DNA from: a virus
Length of the DNA stretch: 64,000 nt
Strand: one strand, 5' to 3'
Virus record (IMG/VR): IMGVR_UViG_3300042908_000680
Location: 32,001-96,000 of that record
In this document: positions 39,952 to 51,600 of the stretch, piece after piece
How positions within the stretch are numbered: the stretch's first letter is position 1
How the letters are laid out: each line of letters opens with the position of its first letter
Position numbers and translations under genes: made by a program
The notes under the pieces: model-generated
What the model was told of the DNA's origin: nothing
Database searches by the model: none
The model's input: the letters and a program-made list of their open reading frames with translations, nothing else

Positions 39952-40434
39952 ATGCCAGTAAATGTGCCAGAGAGCGTTTTTGCCAAATACTATGACGTAA
40001 TAGATTCTACCTTCGATATTTTTGGCGTAATGTGTAAACTTGTATCTACCAATAGAATAGAAGAAACTGTATATAGTCCAAGTAATAATATTCCAGAAAA
40101 AAATTCTATAAATGTTCATCGTCTAAATAACACAAACTATGAGCGTAGTAATAAAATTATAAGAGAAGTAGAAGTATTTACAGAAATTAAATTAAAAGTA
40201 TACTGGAATCCAAAAGAGTGGATTAATGTGGCTGGCGATATACAAGTCCCAAATAATGTTATACAGACTATTGGCTTTATGAAAGACTTACCACAAATAC
40301 TAAAAGCCAAAGCACTCATAGTACATAAGGACATACAGGACTATAAAGAAATGAGATTTGAGAGAATGGGAGAACATATACCAATGGGTCTTAGGCAAAA
40401 TAGATATTTTTCATGCCTTTGGAATAGAACATGA
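39952..40434 (+). CDS. head closure / head-tail joining protein
   Basis: Position and size; beta-rich. Confidence 0.5.
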   Translation: MPVNVPESVFAKYYDVIDSTFDIFGVMCKLVSTNRIEETVYSPSNNIPEKNSINVHRLNNTNYERSNKIIREVEVFTEIKLKVYWNPKEWINVAGDIQVPNNVIQTIGFMKDLPQILKAKALIVHKDIQDYKEMRFERMGEHIPMGLRQNRYFSCLWNRT

Positions 40435-41069
40435 CCATAACATTGAAATTACTTGAGTCAGTTGATCAGATAGAGAATAACATACTATCTGCTATAGCTA
40501 CTCAATTTAATTCTTCAATGAAATCAAATAAATCAAAGATATTAGATAATGTTAAATTATTAATTCCACCTTGGATATCAAGCCAACCAGAAATAGAATC
40601 TTTATCTTCTGGAGGCACTTCATCTTTGATTGGTCAGTTCGGAATAACTATTAGTGCAGTTTCTATAATTAATGCCATTATATCTTCGGTAGTAAGTTCA
40701 ACAAGTATATCGGTAGTTCCATATAATAATAAACTAAAGGGTGGTGGTATTGAAGTTAATATTCAACCAGATAATTTTGCCAATTTATTAAATCTTCCCC
40801 AAGGTCACTCTGTCTATAAAGATGGAGACTTGCATTGGCTAGATTGGTTATTAAATAGGGGAGATGAAATTATAGTAGTTGGATATGAATATAACCCACA
40901 AACCGGCTTGGGACGATCTAGATTAGGTAACATGAAAGAAGGAGGTTCTTTTAGAGTACCTCCACAATTTTCTGGAACAGACAAAGATAATTTCATAACT
41001 CGCGCTTTAACCGGCGGTGAACAAGAAAAACAAATAGCTAAAATCTTTGAAAATATATTAGGTGCATAA
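40431..41069 (+). CDS. neck / tail-completion protein
   Basis: Position; WL.WLL..G and PPQFSGT..DNFITRA motifs. Confidence 0.5.
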   Translation: MTITLKLLESVDQIENNILSAIATQFNSSMKSNKSKILDNVKLLIPPWISSQPEIESLSSGGTSSLIGQFGITISAVSIINAIISSVVSSTSISVVPYNNKLKGGGIEVNIQPDNFANLLNLPQGHSVYKDGDLHWLDWLLNRGDEIIVVGYEYNPQTGLGRSRLGNMKEGGSFRVPPQFSGTDKDNFITRALTGGEQEKQIAKIFENILGA

Positions 41070-42040
41070 TGAATTATCTAAATCTTAAAGGATTTAATAG
41101 CGTATTTGATAGTACGTTAAATAATGAACTACAAGATAATATAGTTGAATTTTTGGAATGGTCGCTATTGGAAAAAGGGAACTACATGAATGTATCTCTT
41201 GGCGAACTTTCTCCAGAGGGTGTAGATTATAGTAAACTTAGAATATCCTCCAATTCCTCTTTTCCTAGCGGCAAGGCTTGGGAAAGTTTTAGACAAAACT
41301 GGGTCTGGCAAAGCGGGATTTCTTACACTCCATCGCCAGTTGTTGGAAATAATAACTCAATTCCCGGTATTTCTGGAGTTTATGTAAATAATACATTTTA
41401 CCCATCCAACACAAGTGGCACATATGCCCATAAAGTAGACTATTTTAATGGTAGAATTATCTTTAATAATCCCATTCCTACATCTAGTACCGTAAAAGCC
41501 GAGTATAGTTATAGATACATCAATATAGTGTATGCTAATAGCCTTCCTTGGCTGGCTGAAGTTCAGTACTCATCATTAGATATAGACACTGATTTTAATA
41601 CCTTAAATAAAGGTAAATATGACCTTCCAACAGAAGCTAGAATCCAATTACCAGCAATAGCCATAGAAATAGTTCCCCGGCGTACAATGAAAGGATATCA
41701 GCTTGGCGGTGGTCAATTTGTTGAAACAGACGTACTTTTCCACTGTTTAGCAGAGGACGAATACACTAGAAATAAATTAGTAGATATTATTTCTCTACAA
41801 AATGAGAAGACTATATACATGTTCAATAGTAATGATATAGCTAGAAGTGGTGCATTTCCCCTAGATTATCGTGGATTTCCTGTTTCTGGAGCTTTGAGAT
41901 ATCCAGAATTAGTAGATCAATACTATCGTGGAAGCTTGAGGTTAAAAAATTCTAATGTTCAAAATATGAAGCTAGTAAATAGCAATTTCTATGCTGGTAT
42001 TGTAAGGATGACCCTTGAGACAATTGAAACTTCGATATAA
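41069..42040 (+). CDS. tail terminator-like protein with inserted beta domain
   Basis: QLPAIAIE...GYQLGGG...FHCLAEDEYTRNKLVDII; VDYFNGRIIF insert; precedes the tail tube. Confidence 0.55.
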   Translation: MNYLNLKGFNSVFDSTLNNELQDNIVEFLEWSLLEKGNYMNVSLGELSPEGVDYSKLRISSNSSFPSGKAWESFRQNWVWQSGISYTPSPVVGNNNSIPGISGVYVNNTFYPSNTSGTYAHKVDYFNGRIIFNNPIPTSSTVKAEYSYRYINIVYANSLPWLAEVQYSSLDIDTDFNTLNKGKYDLPTEARIQLPAIAIEIVPRRTMKGYQLGGGQFVETDVLFHCLAEDEYTRNKLVDIISLQNEKTIYMFNSNDIARSGAFPLDYRGFPVSGALRYPELVDQYYRGSLRLKNSNVQNMKLVNSNFYAGIVRMTLETIETSI

Positions 42041-42045
42041 ATTTA

Positions 42046-42055
42046 GTGTATAAGT
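42046..42055 (+). promoter_or_regulatory. putative late promoter GTGTATAAGT
   Basis: Intergenic, before the tail tube gene. Confidence 0.6.
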
Positions 42056-42090
42056 AACTAGAGCTTACCATCTTAAAATAGGAGAGAATT

Positions 42091-43263
42091 ATGCCCAACA
42101 ACAGAATCTTCTACGCTTGCCAAGCAGTCGCCATTGAGCCATTACAAGCTAACCAGAGTACCGGAGCATTAGAAGTCACATCAAACGGTGTACAGGTTTT
42201 GCATGGCGTTCAAAGCGTTGGCTTAAATACAACATTCAATCTAGAACAAGTTTTCGAACTAGGTCAAATCCACATTTATGAAAATATTGAAGGTGTACCA
42301 GATGTTGAAGTTACATTGGAAAAAGTCCTTGATGGATTTCCATTAATGTATCACCTTGCTACATGTGGTGTAGAAAATGAAACTGGCAGTGCCAGTAAGC
42401 AATCCTTAGTAGCAAGATCAAAGCAAAGATGTAATGTATATTTAGGTATTTTCCCAGATACTGTTGAGCATATTGCTGACGCTGCTGCTAACGCAACCGC
42501 AGAAGTTCAGATGAGTGGTATGTATGTTAGTAGCTTAAGCTATACTCTTCCAACTGACGGTAACTGCACAGAATCTCTTACACTAGTTGGAAATCACAAG
42601 GCTTGGAATACTAGCAAATTTACAAGCGCGGTTGCTGCTCAGTTAGATTGGACCGGAGCGGTTGGAAATCTTGACAAACCAAAGAATTTACAAGCTGGAA
42701 CTACTTATGGTGGTATTCAAAGAAGAGAGAATGTAGATATTAAAAATTCAATTTTTCCAAAAGGTATCTATGGTGTTGCTAATAATGCAAACGCACAAAA
42801 TGCTTGGAATTCTTCTCAATCAAAACCAAATGTCCACTTTCAAAATATATCAATTAGCACAGATTTAAGTAGAGAAGATATCCAAGAATTAGGTAGAAAA
42901 GCTCCATACTATAGGTTTGCTAGTTTTCCAGTAGAAGTAACCTGTGAATTCGAAGTTATTGCTATTTCTGGAGATTTCGTTAATGCTTATGAAGAAGGTG
43001 CATTTGGAGTAAATAATGAGAATTATGGGAATAATACTTCAGAAGAAACCATCATGATCAAATTGCACGATGGAACAGTATTCGACTTAGGTACAAAGAG
43101 TAGATTAGCCTCTGTTAATTATACCGGTGGTGACGCTGGCGGTGGTAATGGAACTATAACTTATAGTTATTCAACTTACAATAGTCTTACCGTTACTCAT
43201 CCTTCAGATTTAATATCTAGTAAGAATAATCCAACTTATGCGCCATCTTATAATGGTACTTGA
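42091..43263 (+). CDS. major tail tube protein
   Basis: Position, strong RBS, two tube-like Q(S/N)...ELG segments. Confidence 0.75.
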   Translation: MPNNRIFYACQAVAIEPLQANQSTGALEVTSNGVQVLHGVQSVGLNTTFNLEQVFELGQIHIYENIEGVPDVEVTLEKVLDGFPLMYHLATCGVENETGSASKQSLVARSKQRCNVYLGIFPDTVEHIADAAANATAEVQMSGMYVSSLSYTLPTDGNCTESLTLVGNHKAWNTSKFTSAVAAQLDWTGAVGNLDKPKNLQAGTTYGGIQRRENVDIKNSIFPKGIYGVANNANAQNAWNSSQSKPNVHFQNISISTDLSREDIQELGRKAPYYRFASFPVEVTCEFEVIAISGDFVNAYEEGAFGVNNENYGNNTSEETIMIKLHDGTVFDLGTKSRLASVNYTGGDAGGGNGTITYSYSTYNSLTVTHPSDLISSKNNPTYAPSYNGT

Positions 43264-43310
43264 TACATAAATTAGCTGATTATTAGGACTCAAAAGGAAA
43301 CAAAATAAAT

Positions 43311-43360
43311 GCTCCCGCTTGTGAGATGTCTATATGAAGCATCATGAGCGGGAGTTTTTT
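43311..43360 (+). terminator. terminator-like hairpin overlapping the start of the next gene
   Basis: GCTCCCGCTTGTGA pairs with TCATGAGCGGGAGT, followed by a T tract. Confidence 0.65.
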
Positions 43361-44377
43361 ATTTCTATGATAAGATCTGGAAAAGTATTTGTAAACCACA
43401 AGGACATAGAATTAGAAATATGCCCGTTAACACTTGATCAATCTTTTAAATCTTGTTTAATATATAAAGAGGCTTATGATAAGGCTTATTCTGAAGAAAT
43501 AATGACAGAAGAGGATATGGATCAATGGATGATGGAAAATGAACTATGGACTATGCATGATAATAAAAGGGAGGAAGGATTTAAAAAAGATATTGAGAGA
43601 TTAAAAGTAGAAATCTATAATGCTAGAGATAATGAAGCATTAGCTAATAGTATAAGAAAATATATACGTGCTGGTGAGTCACAATTAACAGCGCACTTAA
43701 ATAAAAAGTATATATATCATCAAAATACATGCGAGGGTGTTGCTTCTGCCGAAAGGCTAGCTTGGATAGTAAAAAACACGACATACTTCAATGGTAAGCT
43801 CTATGATTTTGAAGAATTGTCGTTGCAATACGTTGTAGATGAATGGCAATCTCACTTTATACCAGAAAATAAATCTAGAGAATTAGCCAGAAATGATCCT
43901 TGGAAATCTTTATGGATAACTAGAGAAAATTCTGGATCTTCTCTATTTGCTAATCCCCAAAATACAGAATTAACATATAATCAAAAAAATCTCTTAGTTT
44001 GGTCACAAATGTATGATAATATTCAAGAATCTATGGAGTGTCCAAATAAAGAAGTTATAGAAGATGATGACATGCTAGACGGATGGTTCATAGTTCAACA
44101 TGAAAAACGAGAAAAAGATAGAATAGCAAAAGAATTTGAGAATGATACTCAAAATGAAAAGATAAAAAATGCATCAGAAGTATTTATAGTTTCTAATGAC
44201 AACAAAAAAATAAATAAAATTCACGATATGAATGATCAATTTGGTAAGGCAATTAAAAAACAAAGAGATACAGTAATTCAGAAAAAAGGATATGTAAACG
44301 ATCATGACTTACCAGATCAAAGACGTAATATAGAAATGATGGCTACTAATCAAATGAGAGGAAAAATGGGAGGATAA
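43334..44377 (+). CDS. tail assembly chaperone (paralog 1)
   Basis: Between tube and TMP; similar to ORF 44729; start may instead be ATG 43367. Confidence 0.6.
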   Translation: MKHHEREFFISMIRSGKVFVNHKDIELEICPLTLDQSFKSCLIYKEAYDKAYSEEIMTEEDMDQWMMENELWTMHDNKREEGFKKDIERLKVEIYNARDNEALANSIRKYIRAGESQLTAHLNKKYIYHQNTCEGVASAERLAWIVKNTTYFNGKLYDFEELSLQYVVDEWQSHFIPENKSRELARNDPWKSLWITRENSGSSLFANPQNTELTYNQKNLLVWSQMYDNIQESMECPNKEVIEDDDMLDGWFIVQHEKREKDRIAKEFENDTQNEKIKNASEVFIVSNDNKKINKIHDMNDQFGKAIKKQRDTVIQKKGYVNDHDLPDQRRNIEMMATNQMRGKMGG

Positions 44378-44380
44378 AAT

Positions 44381-44713
44381 ATGGAACCAGACTATAAGAA
44401 GACAAGAGAATCAAAATATAAAGCTGATTCAAGAGATAGGTTATCTAAGATTCTCAAAAAGAAAATACAAACTACTATGATTGGTGCTTTAAGCACACTA
44501 GAAGAAAACTTTAGTTTTTTGTGGACTAACGAATCTGGAAGCCCGTTGACAAAAGACCAAGAAGTAATGAAAAGTCTATATAATAAAGTTAGGTCGGAAA
44601 TACTTGACCGAGGAAACAATCAAGCACGAAATATTGATGCAGAATTAGCTCAATATGAAATTGAGTGGACAAGATATCAGATGAAGATACCCGTAATTAA
44701 CCCTAATAACTAA
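44381..44713 (+). CDS. hypothetical helical protein
   Basis: 110 aa, RBS GGAGG. Confidence 0.7.
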   Translation: MEPDYKKTRESKYKADSRDRLSKILKKKIQTTMIGALSTLEENFSFLWTNESGSPLTKDQEVMKSLYNKVRSEILDRGNNQARNIDAELAQYEIEWTRYQMKIPVINPNN

Positions 44714-44728
44714 TAATTGGAGGAAACC

Positions 44729-45607
44729 ATGTCGCAGGATAAGGAAAAGATCGTTGATGTAAAGATTACTAAGGACGGAAAAGAAGAAACTGTAAAGATT
44801 GTAGTCAAACGCCCCAGTAGTTCATTAATTTCTTCGGCTCAAAGAGTCGGAGCAAAGGCTTGGACCGATTGTGTTCGTGATGGGATTATGACAAAAAAGG
44901 AACTTGAAAAGTTCATGAAAGAGCAAGGTATTTGGGATGAAGGTAGAGATGAAGAGCAGAAAAAAGTGATTCAAGAGATTTCAAATCTTGAAAGAAAGCT
45001 CTATGTTAGTGGTAGTGGTGGCAAAAAGCTCAAGGCTTCTGAGGGCAAGAATATTGCTATTCAGATGAGAATTAAGAGAAATGAGCTTAGAGACTTGATT
45101 GCCGAGAAAATGAGTCTTGAGCAAAACACCGCAGAATCCATCTCTGATAACGTAAGATTTGACTATCTTGTGGCTCATTCTGCTTTTTATCAAAATGGAC
45201 AGAAAGTGTATAATGATCTAGATGACTATAAGGAAAGATCAGACGATCAGATCGCTTTTAGTGCAGCTTCTAGTCTAGCTTCTATGATGTATTCTGTAGA
45301 TAAGGATTTTGAGGCCAAACTACCAGAAAATAAATTCCTTAAAATGTTCCACTTTGTGGATGATAATCTAAGTTTGGTGAATGATAAGGGCGAAACCGTA
45401 GATACAGATGGGCGAAAAATAGATAATCAAGGATATTGGCTCAATGATCAAGGTCAAAGAGTAGATAAAGATGGCAATGTTCTTGACGAAAATGGCAACT
45501 ATATTCCCACCGTCACATACGTGGACGATGAGGACAAAGAAGTAAAAGCCGAAGAAACAGAAAAACCCACTAAGAAAAAGAAGTCAACAGCAACGGATAG
45601 TGAATGA
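44729..45607 (+). CDS. tail assembly chaperone (paralog 2)
   Basis: GGAGG then ATG 44729; immediately upstream of TMP; DxxG 7-aa repeats near the C-terminus. Confidence 0.6.
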   Translation: MSQDKEKIVDVKITKDGKEETVKIVVKRPSSSLISSAQRVGAKAWTDCVRDGIMTKKELEKFMKEQGIWDEGRDEEQKKVIQEISNLERKLYVSGSGGKKLKASEGKNIAIQMRIKRNELRDLIAEKMSLEQNTAESISDNVRFDYLVAHSAFYQNGQKVYNDLDDYKERSDDQIAFSAASSLASMMYSVDKDFEAKLPENKFLKMFHFVDDNLSLVNDKGETVDTDGRKIDNQGYWLNDQGQRVDKDGNVLDENGNYIPTVTYVDDEDKEVKAEETEKPTKKKKSTATDSE

Positions 45608-45640
45608 GATAGAGTTGTGTGGCATCAGTAAAGGAGAATC

Positions 45641-48600
45641 ATGTCCAAATTCGTACTGACCGCACAATTACAGCTACAAGCCCCGAATAATGTTAAGCAA
45701 GTTGTACAACAAATACAAAGCCAGTTAAATGGCGTTAGTGTTAACATACAAGTCCAGAATGCTGGACAAGCCCAAAAACAAATTCAGCAAGTAGCTCAAG
45801 CAACTAATCAAGCAACGTCAGCAGCAGAACGCATGGGTAAAGCATTTGCTCTATCCATTAGGCGTTTTGCTGCCTTTTCTATTGCCACAAGAGCGGTCGG
45901 TTTATTCACTAGTACTCTTAGTGATGCTGTTCAAACATCCATTGACTTTGAGAGACAATTAATCAAAGTCTCTCAGGTCACTGGAAAAAGTTTGACTCAG
46001 CTTCGTGGACTAACTAAGCAGATTACTGATTTGTCTACCGGTTTTGGTGTTGCGTCTTCTGATTTACTTAATGTTTCTACCATCTTAGCCCAAGCCGGTT
46101 TAAGTGCTGAAGATACAGCCATAGCTTTAAGGACTTTAGCAAAGTCTGCACTAGCTCCAAACTTTGATAGTATAACAGAAACAGCCGAAGGTGCTATTGC
46201 TGTTCTAGCTCAATTTCAAGAAGGAGTTGGATCATTAGAAAAGCAATTAGGTTCTATTAATGCTGTTGCTGGCGCATTCGCCGTTGAAGCCGGTGACTTA
46301 ATCGACGTTATTCGTAGAACGGGCGGTGTGTTCAAAGCATCTGGTGGTGATCTTAATGAACTTCTTGCATTATTTACTAGCGTAAGAGCCACAACCCGAG
46401 AAAGTGCTGAAAGTATTGGTACTGGCTTACGTACTATTTTCACACGTATTCAGCGACCCAAGACTATTGAGTTCTTAAAACAATTTGGTGTTGAACTTGT
46501 AGACTTAGATGGTAAGTTCGTTGGCCCATACGAAGCTGTTAAGAGACTAAGCGAAGCGTTAGCTGGACTTGGTGAAGGTGATACTACTTTCATTAGAATT
46601 GCAGAAGAGCTTGGTGGATTCAGACAGATTGGTAAAGTTCTTCCACTTTTACAGCAATTTTCTACTGCTCAATCCGCGCTTAATGTTGCAATGAAAGCGG
46701 GCGATTCTTTAACTCAAGATGCTGCATCTTCACAAGCAGCACTTGCGATTAGAATTATGAAAGTTAAAGAAGAATTCCTTGCGTTAATTCGTAGCATAAC
46801 TGAAACTTCTACTTTCCAAGTAATGGCAAATACAGCATTGTCATTAGCTTCAGCGTTAATCAAAATCGGAGATTCTATCAAGCCCCTATTACCAATGCTT
46901 GCTGCTTTAACAGCATTTAAACTAGTAAAGGGTATGGGTAGTTTCTTTGGTGGTATGATGAGCGGTGCTGCTTCTGGACGAACTTATAATAAGGGTGGTA
47001 AAGTTCTTGGGTTTGCTAGAGGTGGTTTAGTTCCCGGTACTGGGAACGGAGATACTGTTCCTGCGATGTTAGCTCCCGGTGAATTTGTTATACGCAAAAG
47101 TAGCGTCAACAAGATGGGTGCTGGAAGACTAGCAGCAATGAATGAAAATCGATATGCATATGGCGGTAAGGCTAGAACATTTGGTATAGCAGCACTAGAT
47201 GGAACACAAGATAGTAAATCTGCTAACCTTCCCATTTCAGCTATACGCGAAAAACTTGGAATTAATACTGACAAAGCTGGTAACAAAAATCTTGATATGG
47301 TTATACGCGGAGTTTTGGGATCCAAAGGATCAGATTTAAATGTTACAGCTAAATCAGATACTGTGACATTAAATGATCCCGGCATCAAAGACGATATATA
47401 TAATAATATTAAAAGTCAAATGTATGGATTAATAACTAGTTCAGCTACAGCTTTAAGTAATGGGACCGGAATCCCTATGAGAAAGCGACCAATTAATCCT
47501 AACAAAGTTCTTGCTAAAGTTGGAACGGATTCTACTATCGGTAGTGTTTTTGAGGGAGCATTAGGGCTATTAGGAGGACCATTTTCTGCTGGAAAATCTA
47601 CTGCTGCCATTGATTATCCAAGAGGTCTTGGGAAAATGGCTTCCGCATTTTCATCATTAGCTAATATGCCGGTAGATGCTAAAAAAACAGCAGACTCTAA
47701 AAAAACTAGTGAGATGTTAAATAAAAAAATTCCTAACTTTTTTGCAGAGTTTGTTAAACGTTCTCCACAATATGCAAGTTTTAAAAGTCAACTAAGCCAA
47801 GGTAAATTAGATAAGCTGAAGGGTAGAGAATTTGATTTAACGGAATACCAAAGGGTAACTGGAAACTCAAAAGCTACACTGTCTGATCTTAGCGGGGTTG
47901 CTAGCCTTTCTCGCAAGTCTGGACAAAGACAACTTTTTAGACTTGCTGAAAAGTTTGCAGAAGGCGGTGAAGTATTAGAAAGAGGAACACAAAAATATTT
48001 AATCTCCGACGTTGTTAAGGGGATGAGAGAATTACAGGGCAATTCAGCATTAAGCGAGAAAGACGCTATTGCTTTATTTAACTCCAAAGATGCCCGTGGT
48101 GATTTTATTTATACTAATTTTGGTGGCAAGGGAAGTATAAAACTTCCTAAGTGGATGGGAACTTATAGGCCACAATCCGCAGCTTATGGGGCATTTCAAG
48201 TAGCCCAAGCTAATAAGCAAAATAGAATAGCTGGTGCTATGAGTAGACAGGGCAAAACTATGCGAGATTATGAATCTCGCCGTGAATTTGCAACTGGTGG
48301 TGGAGTTGGTACTGATACCGTTCCCGCATTATTAACTCCTGGCGAGTTTGTTGTTAATCGTAAGTCTGCACAGCGTATTGGTTACGGTGCGTTAGGTAGA
48401 ATGAACAAGGTGGGCAAATATGCCAAGGGTGGAGTGGTTGGTCCACAAAGATTATTTGTTGGTGGAGTTGCTGAAAAACAAGTTAGTAGAGATGTTGGAT
48501 TTAGAGAAATTGACAGTATAAATGATGCAGCAAAAGTGATGGCTGAAACACTGGAGGGACTTGGCCCAGAGATCAAAAAAGCTATATTAGATAAATTTAA

Positions 48601-51600
48601 AGGTATAGAAGCAGTCACTGGTGGCGGTAAAACTTCTCTTGGTACAAAATTTAAGGATACAACCAGAGGCCAAGCTATAGTTTCATCTAGTGGTGCTAGT
48701 GCTATGGGGTTGCAGATCAAGGGTAAAAACGTTGCCGCTAATACTAACACCGTAGCCCATGAAACTGGACATTTAGCCGATTCAGCATTAGCTGATAAAA
48801 AGGGTTTTGCCAGTACGAATAAAGGTACTTTTCAATTTGATCTTGTTGAAAAGGTTAAACCTCAAATGGAAGCAGCATTTAAAGCTGCTGGGATGAGTGC
48901 AAAACAAATAGAAACATACTTAGCAAGTAATCAAGAGTTATTTGCAGAGTTTTTTGCTAAAGCATCTCCAGAAGTAAGAGCTATTATTACATCTACAACT
49001 GATTCTAAAGTTGGAATGCAAAAACTAGCAGATCATCTAGAAAAAGCTGGTCATACTTATGCTGGATTAGAAGCTTCTGATATAACTGGCATAAAACCAG
49101 TTCCAACACCGACTCCAGTTACACCTCCTAAAAAACCAACTGGACCATCAAGCCCGCCATCCGGTGGACCACCAAGCAAACCTCCATCTGGCGGTGGCAC
49201 TCCATCAAAAACATCATCATCGACTGTAGCAACATCTAGCTCAAGCGGTGGTGGTGGCGGCGGCATGTTTAATGACGTTGGCGCAAATATTGCTATGGTC
49301 AGTGCTGCACTATCAACCATGTTACCCCCACTTGATGAAAACGCTGGAGCTTTAACAAAAGTTGGGCATTCATTACTCACATTAGGAACTACTGTTGGTG
49401 GGGTGATTTTTACATTAGGGCAATTTGGAATACAACTCAAAGCTGCTAACATTGCATCTTTCGCAAAGTCATTGACAACAATGGGTAAAGGTGGATTGGG
49501 TGAAATGATAGGTGGATTTACTAGACAGGGTGGCAAAACTAGTAGAGCCGCTGGTGAAAGTGTTACACAAGCTTTTGGAATTGGTAAACAAAGAGATGCA
49601 GTTGCTCAAGCTAGGTCAGAAAGAGCATCGCAATTATTAGAACTACGAGGTCAACGTAATTCACTAAGAGGACAAACTGGCTTCAAGGCATTTAGCGAAA
49701 GGGCAGATGTAACTCAAAAAATAAAAGGGCTTGCTCAAGCTCCAAGTAAACTACCCGGCTTACCCAATTCTTTGACCGGAAAATTAGGAAACTTCCTTGG
49801 ACAAAAAGCAGCTGGTGGTGGTCTAGGCGGAAGATTAGCTGGCATGGCTGGAAATGCTATTACCAAAGTAGGTGGCCTTGGAACTGGTGCTGTTGGGGGT
49901 GCTGTGGGCGGTGCTATGGGTACTGCTGCTGCTATGGCTGGTCCAGCTTTAGCAGTGGTAGGAGCAGTTGCTGCTATTAATAGTGTAATTGGTAGCTTTA
50001 GAGACTTAGATGACAAACTAAAAAGCTCTATCGAAGCCGGTAAAGTAGAAGAAGCTTCTAGACTAGCAGTAGCACAAAAAGCATCAGAATTTCCTCTTAT
50101 TGGTAATATTGTTAGTTCTATCTTTGGAGAGAGCGGTGATGCATTTCTACTAGGTATTGGCGAACTTTTTGGTGGTCCAAGTCTAGATAGCGTTAAACAA
50201 TTAGCTGCTGCTCAAGCCGGTGCTGCCAAAACAACTAAATCATTAGAAGAAGCTCAAAAAGTTGCTTCTGATGCTATGAATGATTTCAAGAATGGTAGTA
50301 TAAGTGCTGCTGACGCTCTTGCCAAAATAAGAGCTAAAACTGGTGAAGCCTCCAATCAACAAAAGCGAGCATCTAGTTTTGTTGCCACCAATTTAGAGCA
50401 AAGGGGAGGTATTTCAAGAGATATCTTTACTCTTGGTGGATTACTTGGTGAAACATCTACGGCTAGGAATAAAAGATTAGGCGCACAAAATGTTGAACAA
50501 ATTAATCAATCGTCTAAATTCATGGCCGATGCGTTCAATACAGAATCAGAAGCTCGTCAGGCCACTATTAGATCTGGAGTAGCTAGAGGTAAAAATTCTG
50601 AAGAAATTCGTACAACAGCTATGGGAAATCTAAGAAGTCAAAGAGAAGAAGCCCTTAAGACAGCAAAAGCTGCCGCTAAATCTGGAGATACTGCAACATA
50701 CGATGCTGCAATTGCACAAGCAGAACAATTGCGTCAAAGTATGGAACAGGTTGATAAAGAAATTGCAAACATTGAAAAAGAAGTTAAGCGTCAAAAAGAA
50801 TTGTATGACGCTATGAATCTTGGTTTACGTTCTGCAACCGCAACCGCTACGGCACTATCAGCCAGCATGGATAAGTTTTCATCTGGATTAGAGGTGGGTG
50901 GATCTTCATTCGTAAATGATGTTGAATTTTTACAATCAGCAATGAGTAGTGCTGCACAAGCTATGGATTCTGGTGAAATTCAGAGTGCTATAAAGGGAGT
51001 GTCTGATAATCTTAGAGAGTTTGGATCTTCTGAAAAATATATTCAAAAATTTGAAGGAAATGTTGCCGCGTTTACTCAAGCTCAGTCTAATTATACTCAA
51101 GCGTTTGCTAATATCAAGAAGTCAATGAAAGATGCAGACTTTAAGAATTTGAACGCTGACGAACTAAAGAAAAGGTTTGCCGATGAATTAACTAAGGGTA
51201 TGGGTGACGGTGAAGCAAAAGACAGCTTAAAGAAAGTCATCAATGGATTAGAATTAGAACCGGGTGATGTAGATAAAATACTTGCTGGAGATTTAAGCGT
51301 CTTTGGAGACAAGCTTACTGAATCTCAACAAAAAATGCTTGAACCCATAATGAAAATTTCTCAAGAAAGGGCAAAAGCAGAACAAGTATTAATTGACTTT
51401 ACTAAGAAGAGAATTGATTCTGAGAGAAATCTTGTAGCAGCACAGCAAGAAGCCCTTGATCTTGTGATGGAAGGTAGAGAACTTCAAGGTAAGTATGGTG
51501 GTCAAGCTGTTACGGGTAGGGAAAGAAAAGATAACTTGTTAGCCAAGTCTAATGTAGAAAGCAGTAGACTAGGATTAACAAATATGAAGAGTGGTGATGT

